Positions 51,234-60,198 of a DNA stretch of 64,000 bases are shown here, piece after piece. The translations under genes were made by a program, and so were the position numbers. The DNA comes from Gemmatimonadota bacterium (lineage in GTDB: Bacteria; Gemmatimonadota; Gemmatimonadetes; Gemmatimonadales; Gemmatimonadaceae). The notes beneath the pieces are model-generated. The model was given only the letters and a program-made list of their open reading frames with translations. It was not told the DNA's origin and made no database searches. How positions within the stretch are numbered: the stretch's first letter is position 1; every line of letters starts with the position of its first letter. The DNA lies in NCBI GenBank assembly GCA_021299375.1, contig JAJTGR010000011.1, positions 43,490 through 107,489 of the forward strand, given 5' to 3'.

Positions 51234-51400
51234 CCCCGATCGCCCCCCCCCGCTCCCGCGCCCTCCTCTATTGGGGAGTCGCTGCGGCGTCCCTCCTGCT
51301 CGGCTATCTCGACCTGGCGCGCGGCGGCGAGACGATCGCGCCCATCCTGCTCGTGCTCGGCTACGTCGTACTGGTCCCGCTGGCCATCCTCAAGGGCTGA
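51230..51400 (+). CDS. Small two-TM membrane protein (56 aa), DUF3098-like; not in the supplied ORF list
   Basis: ATGA overlap; MTPIAPPRSRALLYWGVAAASLLLGYLDLARGGETIAPILLVLGYVVLVPLAILKG. Confidence 0.7.
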   Translation: MTPIAPPRSRALLYWGVAAASLLLGYLDLARGGETIAPILLVLGYVVLVPLAILKG

Positions 51401-51560
51401 CCGGTACGTTCGGCCGGCTCGTCTCGGCCTACGCATGCGCGAGCGACCAGGGATCAGCGCCCGCCGAACGTGACAATCCGGTTAAGTTCCGGCTCAGCCG
51501 GGAACCGCGCCCCCCCACCGCAGTAGTTTTTCCGTAGCTGGTGTGGGGCGGGCGCTCGCA

Positions 51561-51634
51561 GGGCGAATAGCTCAGCTGGTTAGAGCACCTGTCTTACACA
51601 CAGGGGGTCGGGGGTTCGAATCCCTCTTCGCCCA
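51561..51634 (+). tRNA. tRNA-Val (anticodon TAC); CCA not encoded
   Basis: Acceptor stem GGGCGAA/TTCGCCC plus discriminator A; D arm agctcagctggttagagc; anticodon stem cctgt-ctTACac-acagg; T loop GTTCGAATC. Confidence 0.97.
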
Positions 51635-51800
51635 TGACGTCCAGACCTCGCCGGCCGCCCGCGTGGTTGCCATGCGAAGTCCAGACTCGCAGTTTATGCA
51701 TTCCCCCCCCAGACCCGCGTGGCTTGCGCACGGCCAACGGGTGGTCTCATCTCCCCGGCAACGGGGACCCACGGTTTCCGGTGCGGAGGTTACGACATTG

Positions 51801-53501
51801 ATGTCACGGCATTTCCAGGCGATCGCCGGGTTCGGATTGGCTCTCGGTGGCACCCTCGTGCCTTCGGTGGCCTCGGCCCAGTACAACCGGGTCCCCGACC
51901 CCAACGCGACGCGCGTCATGGTCGCCGTGTTCCGCTCCGGCGAGAAGGGTCTGGGGGTACAGGCCGCCGACGCGGTGCGCTCGCGCATGACCAGCGAGTT
52001 CCCGTTCAAGCAGGTCTACGTGCTGCCCAAGCAGGACCTCACGGCCACGCTGGAGGCTTCGGGCTTCCCGGTCACGGAAGCGCTCGAGCCGCACGATCAG
52101 AAGGCGCTGGCCACGCTGCTCCGCGCCGATGAGTACATCACCGGCACCGTCACCAAGGCCGAAGCGGGCGTGAAGCTTGAGGCGGCCCTCGTGCTCGCCC
52201 GTGACAACTCGCTCGTGCAGCCGCTCGGCACCTACGAGGCCAAGAGCGTGGGCGACGCCTCGAAGCTCGTCTCCACCGAGCTCAAGGAAGCCCGCAAGCA
52301 GCTCGAGTTCGAGAAGAAGTGCACCAACGCCGGCCGGCAGGGCCAGTACGACGCGGCCATTGCCGCCGCCAAAGAGGGCATCGCGGCGTACCCCAAGGCC
52401 ACACTGGTGCGCATCTGCTGGGCCAACGTGCTCATCACGCAGAAGGCGCCGGCAGAGCAGATGCTCGACATCTCCAAGCAGATCGTCGACATCGACCCCA
52501 AGAGCCGTCCGGGCCTCGCCATCCTCGCCCAGGCCTACCGCGACACCAAGCAGAGCGACTCGGCGGTGGTGACGCTCACCCGCCTGCTCTCCACCGACCC
52601 GAAGAACCCGCGCCTGCAGAAGGACGTGGTGGAAGCGCTGGCGGTGCTGGCGAACCCGAAGGTGGCGCGTCCCGTGATCGACGAAGCCGTACAGGCCAAC
52701 CCGGGCGATCCGGAGCTGCTGCGCACGCGCTGGCTCATCCTGCTTTCCACGCGCGATTTCAAGGAGGCGTTCGCGCAGGGTGACGAGCTGGTAAAGCTCG
52801 ATACGGCGTTCGCCGACACGACCTACTTCATCCGGACGGCGGCGGCCTATGCGGCCGACAGCCAGTTCCAGAAGTCGGCGGAAACGGCCTCCAAGGGCGT
52901 GGCCAAGTTCCCGGGGCACCCGGGGCTGACCTATTCGCAGATCGTTGCCCTCCGCCAGGCAGGCCAGAATCAGCAGGCGCTCGAGGCGCTCGAGAAGGCC
53001 ATCGCCGCCAAGGTGGTGGTCGAGAACGGTGGCTTCCTGCGCCTGACGCTGCTCAAGGAGCTCAATCGCACCGCCGAGGTCCTGCCCGCCGCCAAGGCAT
53101 TGATCGCCGCTGGCGACACCTCGACCGCGACCCGCGCCATGGTACTCCAGATGGGCAACGAGCAGCGCACGGCTGCGTCGAAGTCGAACGCGCCCGATGA
53201 CTACAAGCTGGCCATCGAGACGCTCAAGTACGCGGACGAGGTGACGACGGGTGCCAGCAAGGCGCAGGCGCAGTTCCTTCTCGGGGCGACCTACGTTGCG
53301 TTCGGCCAGGTGAAGCTGCAGGAGTCGCAGGCTGCGAAGGCCTGTGCCCCGGCCAAGGAAGCGAAGGACATGTTCGTCGAAGCGCAGATCATGCTGCCGA
53401 AGGGCGGGTCGTTTGCGCCCGACGCGATGCGCCAGCTCATGGGAGCGGTGATGCAGCTCGATCCGTCGGCCGACCAGTTCATCAAGGCCTTCTGCAAGTA
53501 A
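51801..53501 (+). CDS. Secreted TPR-containing protein
   Basis: GGAGGT upstream; signal peptide ending ASA-Q; helical TPR-like repeats; strong G/C third-position bias. TTG 51798 is an alternative start. Confidence 0.75.
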   Translation: MSRHFQAIAGFGLALGGTLVPSVASAQYNRVPDPNATRVMVAVFRSGEKGLGVQAADAVRSRMTSEFPFKQVYVLPKQDLTATLEASGFPVTEALEPHDQKALATLLRADEYITGTVTKAEAGVKLEAALVLARDNSLVQPLGTYEAKSVGDASKLVSTELKEARKQLEFEKKCTNAGRQGQYDAAIAAAKEGIAAYPKATLVRICWANVLITQKAPAEQMLDISKQIVDIDPKSRPGLAILAQAYRDTKQSDSAVVTLTRLLSTDPKNPRLQKDVVEALAVLANPKVARPVIDEAVQANPGDPELLRTRWLILLSTRDFKEAFAQGDELVKLDTAFADTTYFIRTAAAYAADSQFQKSAETASKGVAKFPGHPGLTYSQIVALRQAGQNQQALEALEKAIAAKVVVENGGFLRLTLLKELNRTAEVLPAAKALIAAGDTSTATRAMVLQMGNEQRTAASKSNAPDDYKLAIETLKYADEVTTGASKAQAQFLLGATYVAFGQVKLQESQAAKACAPAKEAKDMFVEAQIMLPKGGSFAPDAMRQLMGAVMQLDPSADQFIKAFCK

Positions 53502-53517
53502 GGCCGCGATCTGAGGT

Positions 53518-53557
53518 ACGGGCCCGCCGTCTCGCGACGGCGGGCCCGTTCGCTTTT
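53518..53557 (+). terminator. Intrinsic terminator
   Basis: acgggcccgccgtc-tcgc-gacggcgggcccgt (14-bp perfect stem) followed by tcgctttt. Confidence 0.8.
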
Positions 53558-53645
53558 CCGATGGCCCGCGGCGTGGTCGGCAACACGACAATCACATCCA
53601 TGCGACCACACGGGTAATGCACAATTTCGCACGACTCGGCGTCGC

Positions 53646-53675
53646 TTGACGCTGCCGTCCGCACTTCACTAACAT
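53646..53675 (+). promoter_or_regulatory. Probable sigma70 promoter of the dcw cluster
   Basis: TTGACG (53646-51)-N18-TAACAT (53670-75), between the terminator and rsmH. Confidence 0.45.
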
Positions 53676-53743
53676 GCCCCCTCGCCACGCTTCCCGACGC
53701 GCCTGCCGAGGCGCCCCGACGTACCCATGACGCGCCTGCTCGT

Positions 53744-54709
53744 TTGCCCAATCCGCGCGTGAGCCCGGCCCGAACGCTTTCCTCCGCCCGCGGCAGCGCC
53801 TATCACGTCCCCGTGCTGCTCGCCGAAATCGAGGCGCTGCTGCTCGGTGCACGGACGGTGCTCGACTGCACGCTCGGCGGCGGCGGTCACGCCTCGGCGT
53901 TTCTCGACCGCGGCATGCGCGTCACCGGCATCGATCGCGACCCGCGCGCGCTTGCGGCCGCACGCGAGCGCTTGGCCGATTACGAGCGCGCCGGCCAGTT
54001 CCGCACCCTCCTCGGCAACTATGCCGACCTCAGCGGCGCCGGTCTCGCCTACTCCGAGAAGTTCGACGCCATTCTGCTCGACCTCGGCGTCTCGTCGCAC
54101 CAGTTCGACGATGCCTCGCGTGGCTTCACCTTCCGCGAAGGGGCCCCGCTCGACATGCGCATGGGCACCGACGCCGATCTCGATGCGGCCGAACTGCTGA
54201 ACACCATCGACGAAGTCGACCTGTCGGCGCTGCTGCGCGCCTACGCCGACGAGCCGCGCGCCGCGAGGATGGCCCGCGAGATCGTGCGCCGGCGTGAACG
54301 CCGCCCGTTTGCCACCGCCGATGATCTCGTCGACGCGATCCGCGCCGTGCTCGGCCCGCGCAGTGGCGCGCCGGACTTCGCCCGCATCTTCCAGGCGGTG
54401 CGCATTGCCGTGAACGACGAACTGGCGGGGCTCGAGCGCGCGCTCCCGGCGCTGCGCGACCGGCTCACCCCCGGCGGCGTGCTGGCCATCATCTCGTATC
54501 ACTCGGGCGAGGACCGCCTGGTGAAGAACGCCTTTCGCGACTGGAGCGCGAGCTGCATCTGCCCGCCCAAGCACGTGGTGTGCACCTGCCGCGGCGTCGC
54601 CCTCGGCGAGACGCTCACGCGGCGGCCCATCAGCGCCACCGACGAGGAAATCGAACTCAACGTCCGCGCGCGCAGCGCTCGCCTGCGCGCTTGGCGCTCG
54701 GCGCGCTGA
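53744..54709 (+). CDS. rsmH: 16S rRNA m4C1402 methyltransferase (start uncertain)
   Basis: YHVPVLL, DCTLGGGGHA, IDRD, LDLGVSSHQ, GPLDMRM-like APLDMRM, FQAVRIAVN, ISYHSGEDRLVK, RARSARLR. Confidence 0.95.
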   Translation: MPNPRVSPARTLSSARGSAYHVPVLLAEIEALLLGARTVLDCTLGGGGHASAFLDRGMRVTGIDRDPRALAAARERLADYERAGQFRTLLGNYADLSGAGLAYSEKFDAILLDLGVSSHQFDDASRGFTFREGAPLDMRMGTDADLDAAELLNTIDEVDLSALLRAYADEPRAARMAREIVRRRERRPFATADDLVDAIRAVLGPRSGAPDFARIFQAVRIAVNDELAGLERALPALRDRLTPGGVLAIISYHSGEDRLVKNAFRDWSASCICPPKHVVCTCRGVALGETLTRRPISATDEEIELNVRARSARLRAWRSAR

Positions 54710-55062
54710 TGGCGGCCACGCGCACCCGCCGCGCGTTGGCGCGTGGTCAGCTCAAAGGGCGGGCCATGGTGGCAATCGGCCTTGGCGTGTTCGTGCTGGT
54801 CGCGGTCGCCGCGGTGTGGCGTCGGAGCACGGGCCATGCCACCGAGCGGGCCATGGACCGACTGCGCCTCGAGCAGCGTGCGCTGCATGCCGAGCAGCAA
54901 GGTCTCGAAAACGAGTTGCGTCGGTTGACGAGTCGGCGCACGGTCGTGGAGCAGGCAGAGCGCCGACTTGGCATGCACGTGGCCACCGAAACCCAGACCC
55001 GGCTACTGGCTGCGCCTGTGGCGACGGGTGCTGACGCCGCGTTGCGGGACTCGACGCCGTGA
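54709..55062 (+). CDS. ftsL: FtsL-like cell division protein
   Basis: Basic N-terminus, single TM, coiled coil, AERRLGM; located between rsmH and ftsI. Confidence 0.75.
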   Translation: MAATRTRRALARGQLKGRAMVAIGLGVFVLVAVAAVWRRSTGHATERAMDRLRLEQRALHAEQQGLENELRRLTSRRTVVEQAERRLGMHVATETQTRLLAAPVATGADAALRDSTP

Positions 55063-57227
55063 CTGGCATGCCGCCGCATTCCATCGACGGCGATGACGCG
55101 GTCGTCTCGGCGCCCAACGACGGCGCCGCACTTCCGGTCAGCCGCTGGCGGGCGTCCCTCATCCACCTGTCCCTCGTGCTGTTTGCGGCGGCCGTGGTCG
55201 CGCAGGCGGCGCGCATCCAGATCGTCGAGCACGGCAAGTGGCAGCGCGTGGCGGCCACCCAGCAGGTGCGCGATCTGGCGGTGGCGCCACCGCGCGGGGC
55301 CATTGTTGACGCCACGGGTAGCGTGCTGGTGGAGACGCGCGAGCAGGTGCAGCTCATCATCGAGCCGCAGAACCTCAAACCGGTGGTGCGCACTGGCGCC
55401 GATGGGACGAAAGACACGGTCCAGACGCGCGCCGAGGTGCGCCGCGGCCTCAGGGCGCTGCGCGTGCCCGAGGAGTGGATTCGTCGCGGCCTCGATCCCG
55501 AGCGGAAGTGGGTCGAGCTGCCGCAGCGGTACGCGCCGGCGGACGTCGAGCGCTTCAAGGGGCTGCCGGGCGTGCGTACGCAGTCGCTGCTGACGCGCAT
55601 CAACTCCACGCCGGAGGGTTTGCGGGGGATCGTCGGCGCCCTGGACCGGGAGGGCAAGCCCACCGGTGGCATCGAACTCGAACTCGACCCATTCCTGCGC
55701 GGTGAGGAAGGACATGCGTCGGTCGTACTCGATGGGCTGGGGGGACGCTTCGGCTCGCCGATGCTCGACCCCGTGGAAGCACGGCCGGGACACACGGTCG
55801 CCCTGACCATCAACCAAGCGTTGCAGGAGATCGCCGAAGAGGCGCTCGCCGATGCCCGGCAGCGCACCGGCGCGAGCGGCGGTGACGTGCTCATCCTCGA
55901 TCCGCAGGATGGCGCCATCCTTGCGCTGGCGGGCGTACGCAACGGCAAGGCGGCGCTGACCAGCACCCCGCTGGCCGAGGCCTACGAGCCGGGCTCCATC
56001 ATGAAGCCGTTCGTGGTGGCGCGACTGCTCGACGTCGGACGCGCGACGCCCGATGAGGAGATCAACACCGAGAATGGCCTGTGGCGCTACGCCAACCGGC
56101 CGCTCACTGACACGCACAAGGCCGAGCGCCTGTCGGTGCGCGACGTGATGCGGTTCTCGAGCAACATCGGCACCGCCAAGCTGGCCCTCCGCTTTACGCC
56201 GCGCGAACAGTTCGAGGTGCTGCGCGACTTCGGCTTCGGCAGCTACACGGGCGTGCAGTATCCGGCGGAGTCGCGCGGCGCGTTGCCGCTGCCGTCCACG
56301 TGGCAGCCGGTGACCGCGACGCGCGTACCCATCGGGTACGGGGTGTCGGCGACGCCCCTCCAACTGGCGGCCGCCTATGCCGCCATCGCCAATGGCGGCG
56401 AACTGCTGCAACCAGCGCTGGTGCGTGAAGTGCGCGACGCCCAGGGAGCGGTGGTGCTGCAGCACCATCGACGGGTGGTGCGTCGTGTCATCGCGTCCCG
56501 GACCGCGGCCCTGATGCGCGAGATGCTCAAGAGCGTGGTGGACAGTGGCACGGCCACCGCCGCCGACCTCGCGAGCTTCGATGTGGCGGGCAAGTCCGGC
56601 ACAGCGCGACGCGCCCGCGAAGGCTCTCGCGGCTACGACATCGGCCGGTACAATTCGAGCTTCGCCGGCATGTTTCCCGCCGAGAACCCGCAATACGTCA
56701 TCGTGGCGCGTCTCATCGACACCGAGGGGCAGTACTACGGCGGCATCGTGTCGGGCTCCATGGTGAATCGCATTCTGCAGGCGGCGCTCGCCACCCAGGA
56801 CGCGTCCCTCGACCGTGAAGCGCTCGCTCGCGTCGCGCGGCCGATGCCGGTGGTCGAACCCCAACCGCGCACGCCTGCGCAGGAGCGCATCGCTGCCCGC
56901 GACTCGGCGCGGCGCGATTCCCTCCGGGCGCCGCGACCCCCCAAAGCTGAACCGCTCCCGGGGCCGGCGCGCATCGTTGTTGAGCTCCCGCTGACGACGG
57001 ACCCGCGCGTGAAGACGGCCGGCACGGGGCTGCGCGCCGAGGTGGCCGGCGACCTGCGTCCCATCCCGTCGGTCTACGGGCTGGACGTTCGGCAGGCGGC
57101 CCGTGCGTTGCACGCCGCCGGGTTCCAGGTGCGCGTGGTACAGGGAGCCGAAGTGCGCACACGGCCTGCCGCCGGCGAGGTGCTGCGCACCGGCTCCACC
57201 GTGCAACTGGCGATGCCGCGCCCATGA
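55059..57227 (+). CDS. ftsI: Class B PBP (FtsI/PBP3) with C-terminal PASTA-like domain
   Basis: PPRGAIVD, YEPGSIMK (SxxK), SSN, GKSGTA, GYG..ATPLQLA. Confidence 0.92.
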   Translation: MTGMPPHSIDGDDAVVSAPNDGAALPVSRWRASLIHLSLVLFAAAVVAQAARIQIVEHGKWQRVAATQQVRDLAVAPPRGAIVDATGSVLVETREQVQLIIEPQNLKPVVRTGADGTKDTVQTRAEVRRGLRALRVPEEWIRRGLDPERKWVELPQRYAPADVERFKGLPGVRTQSLLTRINSTPEGLRGIVGALDREGKPTGGIELELDPFLRGEEGHASVVLDGLGGRFGSPMLDPVEARPGHTVALTINQALQEIAEEALADARQRTGASGGDVLILDPQDGAILALAGVRNGKAALTSTPLAEAYEPGSIMKPFVVARLLDVGRATPDEEINTENGLWRYANRPLTDTHKAERLSVRDVMRFSSNIGTAKLALRFTPREQFEVLRDFGFGSYTGVQYPAESRGALPLPSTWQPVTATRVPIGYGVSATPLQLAAAYAAIANGGELLQPALVREVRDAQGAVVLQHHRRVVRRVIASRTAALMREMLKSVVDSGTATAADLASFDVAGKSGTARRAREGSRGYDIGRYNSSFAGMFPAENPQYVIVARLIDTEGQYYGGIVSGSMVNRILQAALATQDASLDREALARVARPMPVVEPQPRTPAQERIAARDSARRDSLRAPRPPKAEPLPGPARIVVELPLTTDPRVKTAGTGLRAEVAGDLRPIPSVYGLDVRQAARALHAAGFQVRVVQGAEVRTRPAAGEVLRTGSTVQLAMPRP

Positions 57228-58792
57228 GTGCCGATGCCGTGCGCAGTCCGACTCCCGTACCCGTGGCGCGCGTGCTGGACGCCCTGCGCGATGCCGGACT
57301 GCTGGTGGCGCAGGCGGAGGCCGTGCCCGCGACCATTACCGACCTCGTGGACGACAGTCGGCGCGTGACGCCAGGGAGTGCGTTTCTGGCCGTGAAGGGG
57401 GCCGCGCAGGACGGCCATGCCTGGTTGCCGGCCGCGGCCGATCGGGGCGCCACGCTGGCGCTGGTCGAGGACGCGGATGCCGCGATGTCGGCCGGGGTGC
57501 CGTGGGTGCAGGTGCGCGACGGTCGGCGGGCTGCAGCCATTGCCGCCGCGGCGTTTTACGACTGGCCGGCGCGGGCGCTCACGTTGGTGGGCGTGACCGG
57601 CACCAACGGCAAGACCACGACGGTGGGGCTCCTGCGCCACCTGCTCGACGCGCCGGGCCATCCGGCGGCGTCCATCGGGACGCTCGGCGTGTTGTTGGGA
57701 AGCGCGGGGGCGCCCTTGCCCGGCGGCTTCGGCCTCACCACGCCGGGGCCGGTGGAGTTGCAGCGCCTGCTGCGCACGCTCGTCGATCGGGGCGTGAAGG
57801 CGGTGGCCATGGAGACGTCGTCGCACGCGCTTGATCAGCGGCGCGTGGAGGGGCTGTCGTTTGCCGCGGCGGTGTTCACGAACCTCACCCGCGACCATCT
57901 CGACTACCATGGCACCATGGAGGCCTACCGGGCCGCCAAGCTGCGTCTGGTGGGGTTGCTGGCGCGTGATGGCGTGGCCGTGTTCAACGCCGACGACCCC
58001 GCATGGCGCGGGGTGACCAACGCCCCGCGCGCGATCATCTTCGGCACCGAGCGTGGGGCCGACGTGGCGGTCGACGTGACGGCGCGCGACCTCGCGTACG
58101 TGAGCGACGGCAGCCGCTTCCTGCTGGTGACGCCGACCGGCGCGCAGCACGTCGCCTTGCCGCTGATTGGTGACTTCAACGTCGCCAACGCCCTCGCGGC
58201 TGCCGCCGCCGCGCTCGCCTTGGGCATGTCGGTCACGGATATCGCGCAGAAGCTTTCGCAGGCGCCGCAGGTGCCGGGGCGCCTCGAGAGGCTGTCCACC
58301 GCGCCGACCGTGCTACGCGATTACGCCCATACGCCCGATGCGCTCGAACGCGCGCTGCAGGCGGTGCGCCCGTTCACGCGGGCGCCCGGCGCGGAGGCAG
58401 CGGGCCGGCTGATCGTGCTCTTCGGCTGCGGGGGCGATCGCGACCGCGGCAAGCGACCCGAAATGGGACGCATCGCCGAGGCCCTGGCCGATGTGGTGAT
58501 TGTCACCAGCGACAACCCGCGTACGGAAGACCCCGAGCGTATTCTCGACGACATCGAGGCGGGCATGACGCGCCACGAGCATCTGCGCATTGCCGATCGC
58601 TTCGACGCCATTCGCCGGGCCTTGCAGGTGGCGAAACCTGGCGACGTGGTCGTGCTGGCGGGGAAGGGCCATGAGACCTATCAGATTCGTGGCACCACGT
58701 CGTATCCCTTTGACGAGCAGGTGATCGTGCAGGAGCTTCGTGCGGCCATGGCCGCCAGTGGGCGCGTCGTGAATGGGGAGTCCGGCGCATGA
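57224..58792 (+). CDS. murE: UDP-MurNAc-tripeptide synthetase (meso-DAP type)
   Basis: GVTGTNGKTTT, METSSH, TNLTRDHLDYH, DYAHTPD, GCGGDRD, SDNPR, AGKGHE. Confidence 0.96.
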   Translation: MSADAVRSPTPVPVARVLDALRDAGLLVAQAEAVPATITDLVDDSRRVTPGSAFLAVKGAAQDGHAWLPAAADRGATLALVEDADAAMSAGVPWVQVRDGRRAAAIAAAAFYDWPARALTLVGVTGTNGKTTTVGLLRHLLDAPGHPAASIGTLGVLLGSAGAPLPGGFGLTTPGPVELQRLLRTLVDRGVKAVAMETSSHALDQRRVEGLSFAAAVFTNLTRDHLDYHGTMEAYRAAKLRLVGLLARDGVAVFNADDPAWRGVTNAPRAIIFGTERGADVAVDVTARDLAYVSDGSRFLLVTPTGAQHVALPLIGDFNVANALAAAAAALALGMSVTDIAQKLSQAPQVPGRLERLSTAPTVLRDYAHTPDALERALQAVRPFTRAPGAEAAGRLIVLFGCGGDRDRGKRPEMGRIAEALADVVIVTSDNPRTEDPERILDDIEAGMTRHEHLRIADRFDAIRRALQVAKPGDVVVLAGKGHETYQIRGTTSYPFDEQVIVQELRAAMAASGRVVNGESGA

Positions 58793-60198
58793 GCGCGTTC
58801 ACGACGGCCGGGACGGCCTTCGCGGCCGTGCCCGCCGTGGGGCCGGCCCACGCCCATCCGTACTGGACCTTTGAACGGGTGGCTCAGGCCCTGGGTACCG
58901 GGCCGTCCATGCCGAACGCGCTCGCGGGCATTGGCACCGACACGCGCGCGCTGCAGCGCGGCGAGGTGTTCGTGGCCCTGCGCGGTGAGCGCTACGATGC
59001 CCACGACTTTCTCGCGGCGGCGCGCGACGCGGGTGCGGCGGCGTTCGTGGTCAGCGATCCGGCGAAAGCCGCTGGCCTCGGGGTACCCACCTACGTGGTG
59101 CCCGATACGCTGGTGGCGCTCGGTCAGTTGGCCACCGCCTGGCGCCGGGCGTGGGGGCGCAGCGTGATCGCCGTGGCGGGCTCCAACGGCAAGACGAGTA
59201 CCAAGGAGCTGCTGAAGGCCGCGCTCGGGCGCACGTTCACCGTGCATGCCACGGCGGGCAATCTCAACAACCTGATCGGTGTGCCGCTCACGTTGCTGGC
59301 CATTCCGAGTGACGCCGAGATTGCGGTGGTGGAGCTGGGCACCAACGTGCCCGGTGAAGTCGCCGCCCTGCGCGCGATCGCGGCGCCCGATGTGGCGGTG
59401 CTCACCAGCATCGGCGAGGAGCACCTCGAAGGACTGGGGGATCTGGCGGGTGTGCTGCGCGAGGAGACCGAGGTGTTCCACGGCGTCACGCTGGCCGTGG
59501 TACCGTCGGCGCACCCCGAGGTCGAACCCATCGCCCGGCAGCGCGCGCGGGCGGTCATCAGCGCCGGCCTCGCCGAGGCGTCGGTGGTGCCCGAGGCGTG
59601 GGGACTGGACGAGCAGGGGTGCCCCTGGCTCGAGGTGCAGGGCGCGCGGCTGTCGGTGCCGTTGCGCGGGGCGCACCAGGCCGCGAACGCCATGCTGGCC
59701 GTGGCTACGGCGCAGGCGTGCGGTGTGCCACTCGACGAGGCGGCCGCCGGGCTCGCGGCCATGACCGTGCCGGGCATGCGCGGCACATGGGAAGCGATCG
59801 GCCAGGCCGTGCTGCTCAACGATGCCTACAATGCGAACCCGCCGTCGATGCGGGCGGCGCTCGACCTGCTCGGGCAAGTGGGCGGTGGCCGGCAGCGGGT
59901 GGCCATTCTCGGCACCATGCGCGAACTTGGTCGCCACGCCGAAGCGCAGCACCGGGCCGTGGCCCGTGCCGCGCTGGCCTCCCGGGCGGACCTCATCGCC
60001 GGCGTCGGCGAGTTCGCCGCGGCGTTTGCCGATGTGGCGCCCGACGACCCCCGGGTGGTGGCCAATGTCGACCTCGATGCGCTGTGGATGTTGCTCGAAC
60101 CGCGTCTGCAGCGTGACGCCGTGATCCTGCTCAAGGCGTCGCGCGGCATGCGCCTCGAGCGCCTCGTTCCCCGCCTCACCACCTGGGCCGCTGTCTAG
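58789..60198 (+). CDS. murF: UDP-MurNAc-pentapeptide synthetase
   Basis: TDTR, AGSNGKTSTKE, NLNNLIGVP, ELG, EHLEG, NDAYNANP.SM, LGTMRELG, KASRG. Confidence 0.95.
   Translation: MSAFTTAGTAFAAVPAVGPAHAHPYWTFERVAQALGTGPSMPNALAGIGTDTRALQRGEVFVALRGERYDAHDFLAAARDAGAAAFVVSDPAKAAGLGVPTYVVPDTLVALGQLATAWRRAWGRSVIAVAGSNGKTSTKELLKAALGRTFTVHATAGNLNNLIGVPLTLLAIPSDAEIAVVELGTNVPGEVAALRAIAAPDVAVLTSIGEEHLEGLGDLAGVLREETEVFHGVTLAVVPSAHPEVEPIARQRARAVISAGLAEASVVPEAWGLDEQGCPWLEVQGARLSVPLRGAHQAANAMLAVATAQACGVPLDEAAAGLAAMTVPGMRGTWEAIGQAVLLNDAYNANPPSMRAALDLLGQVGGGRQRVAILGTMRELGRHAEAQHRAVARAALASRADLIAGVGEFAAAFADVAPDDPRVVANVDLDALWMLLEPRLQRDAVILLKASRGMRLERLVPRLTTWAAV

Noticed and set aside
51561-51800. tRNA-Val as an integration site for a genomic island
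   Set aside because: No integrase, no duplicated tRNA 3' end, and no compositional shift downstream.
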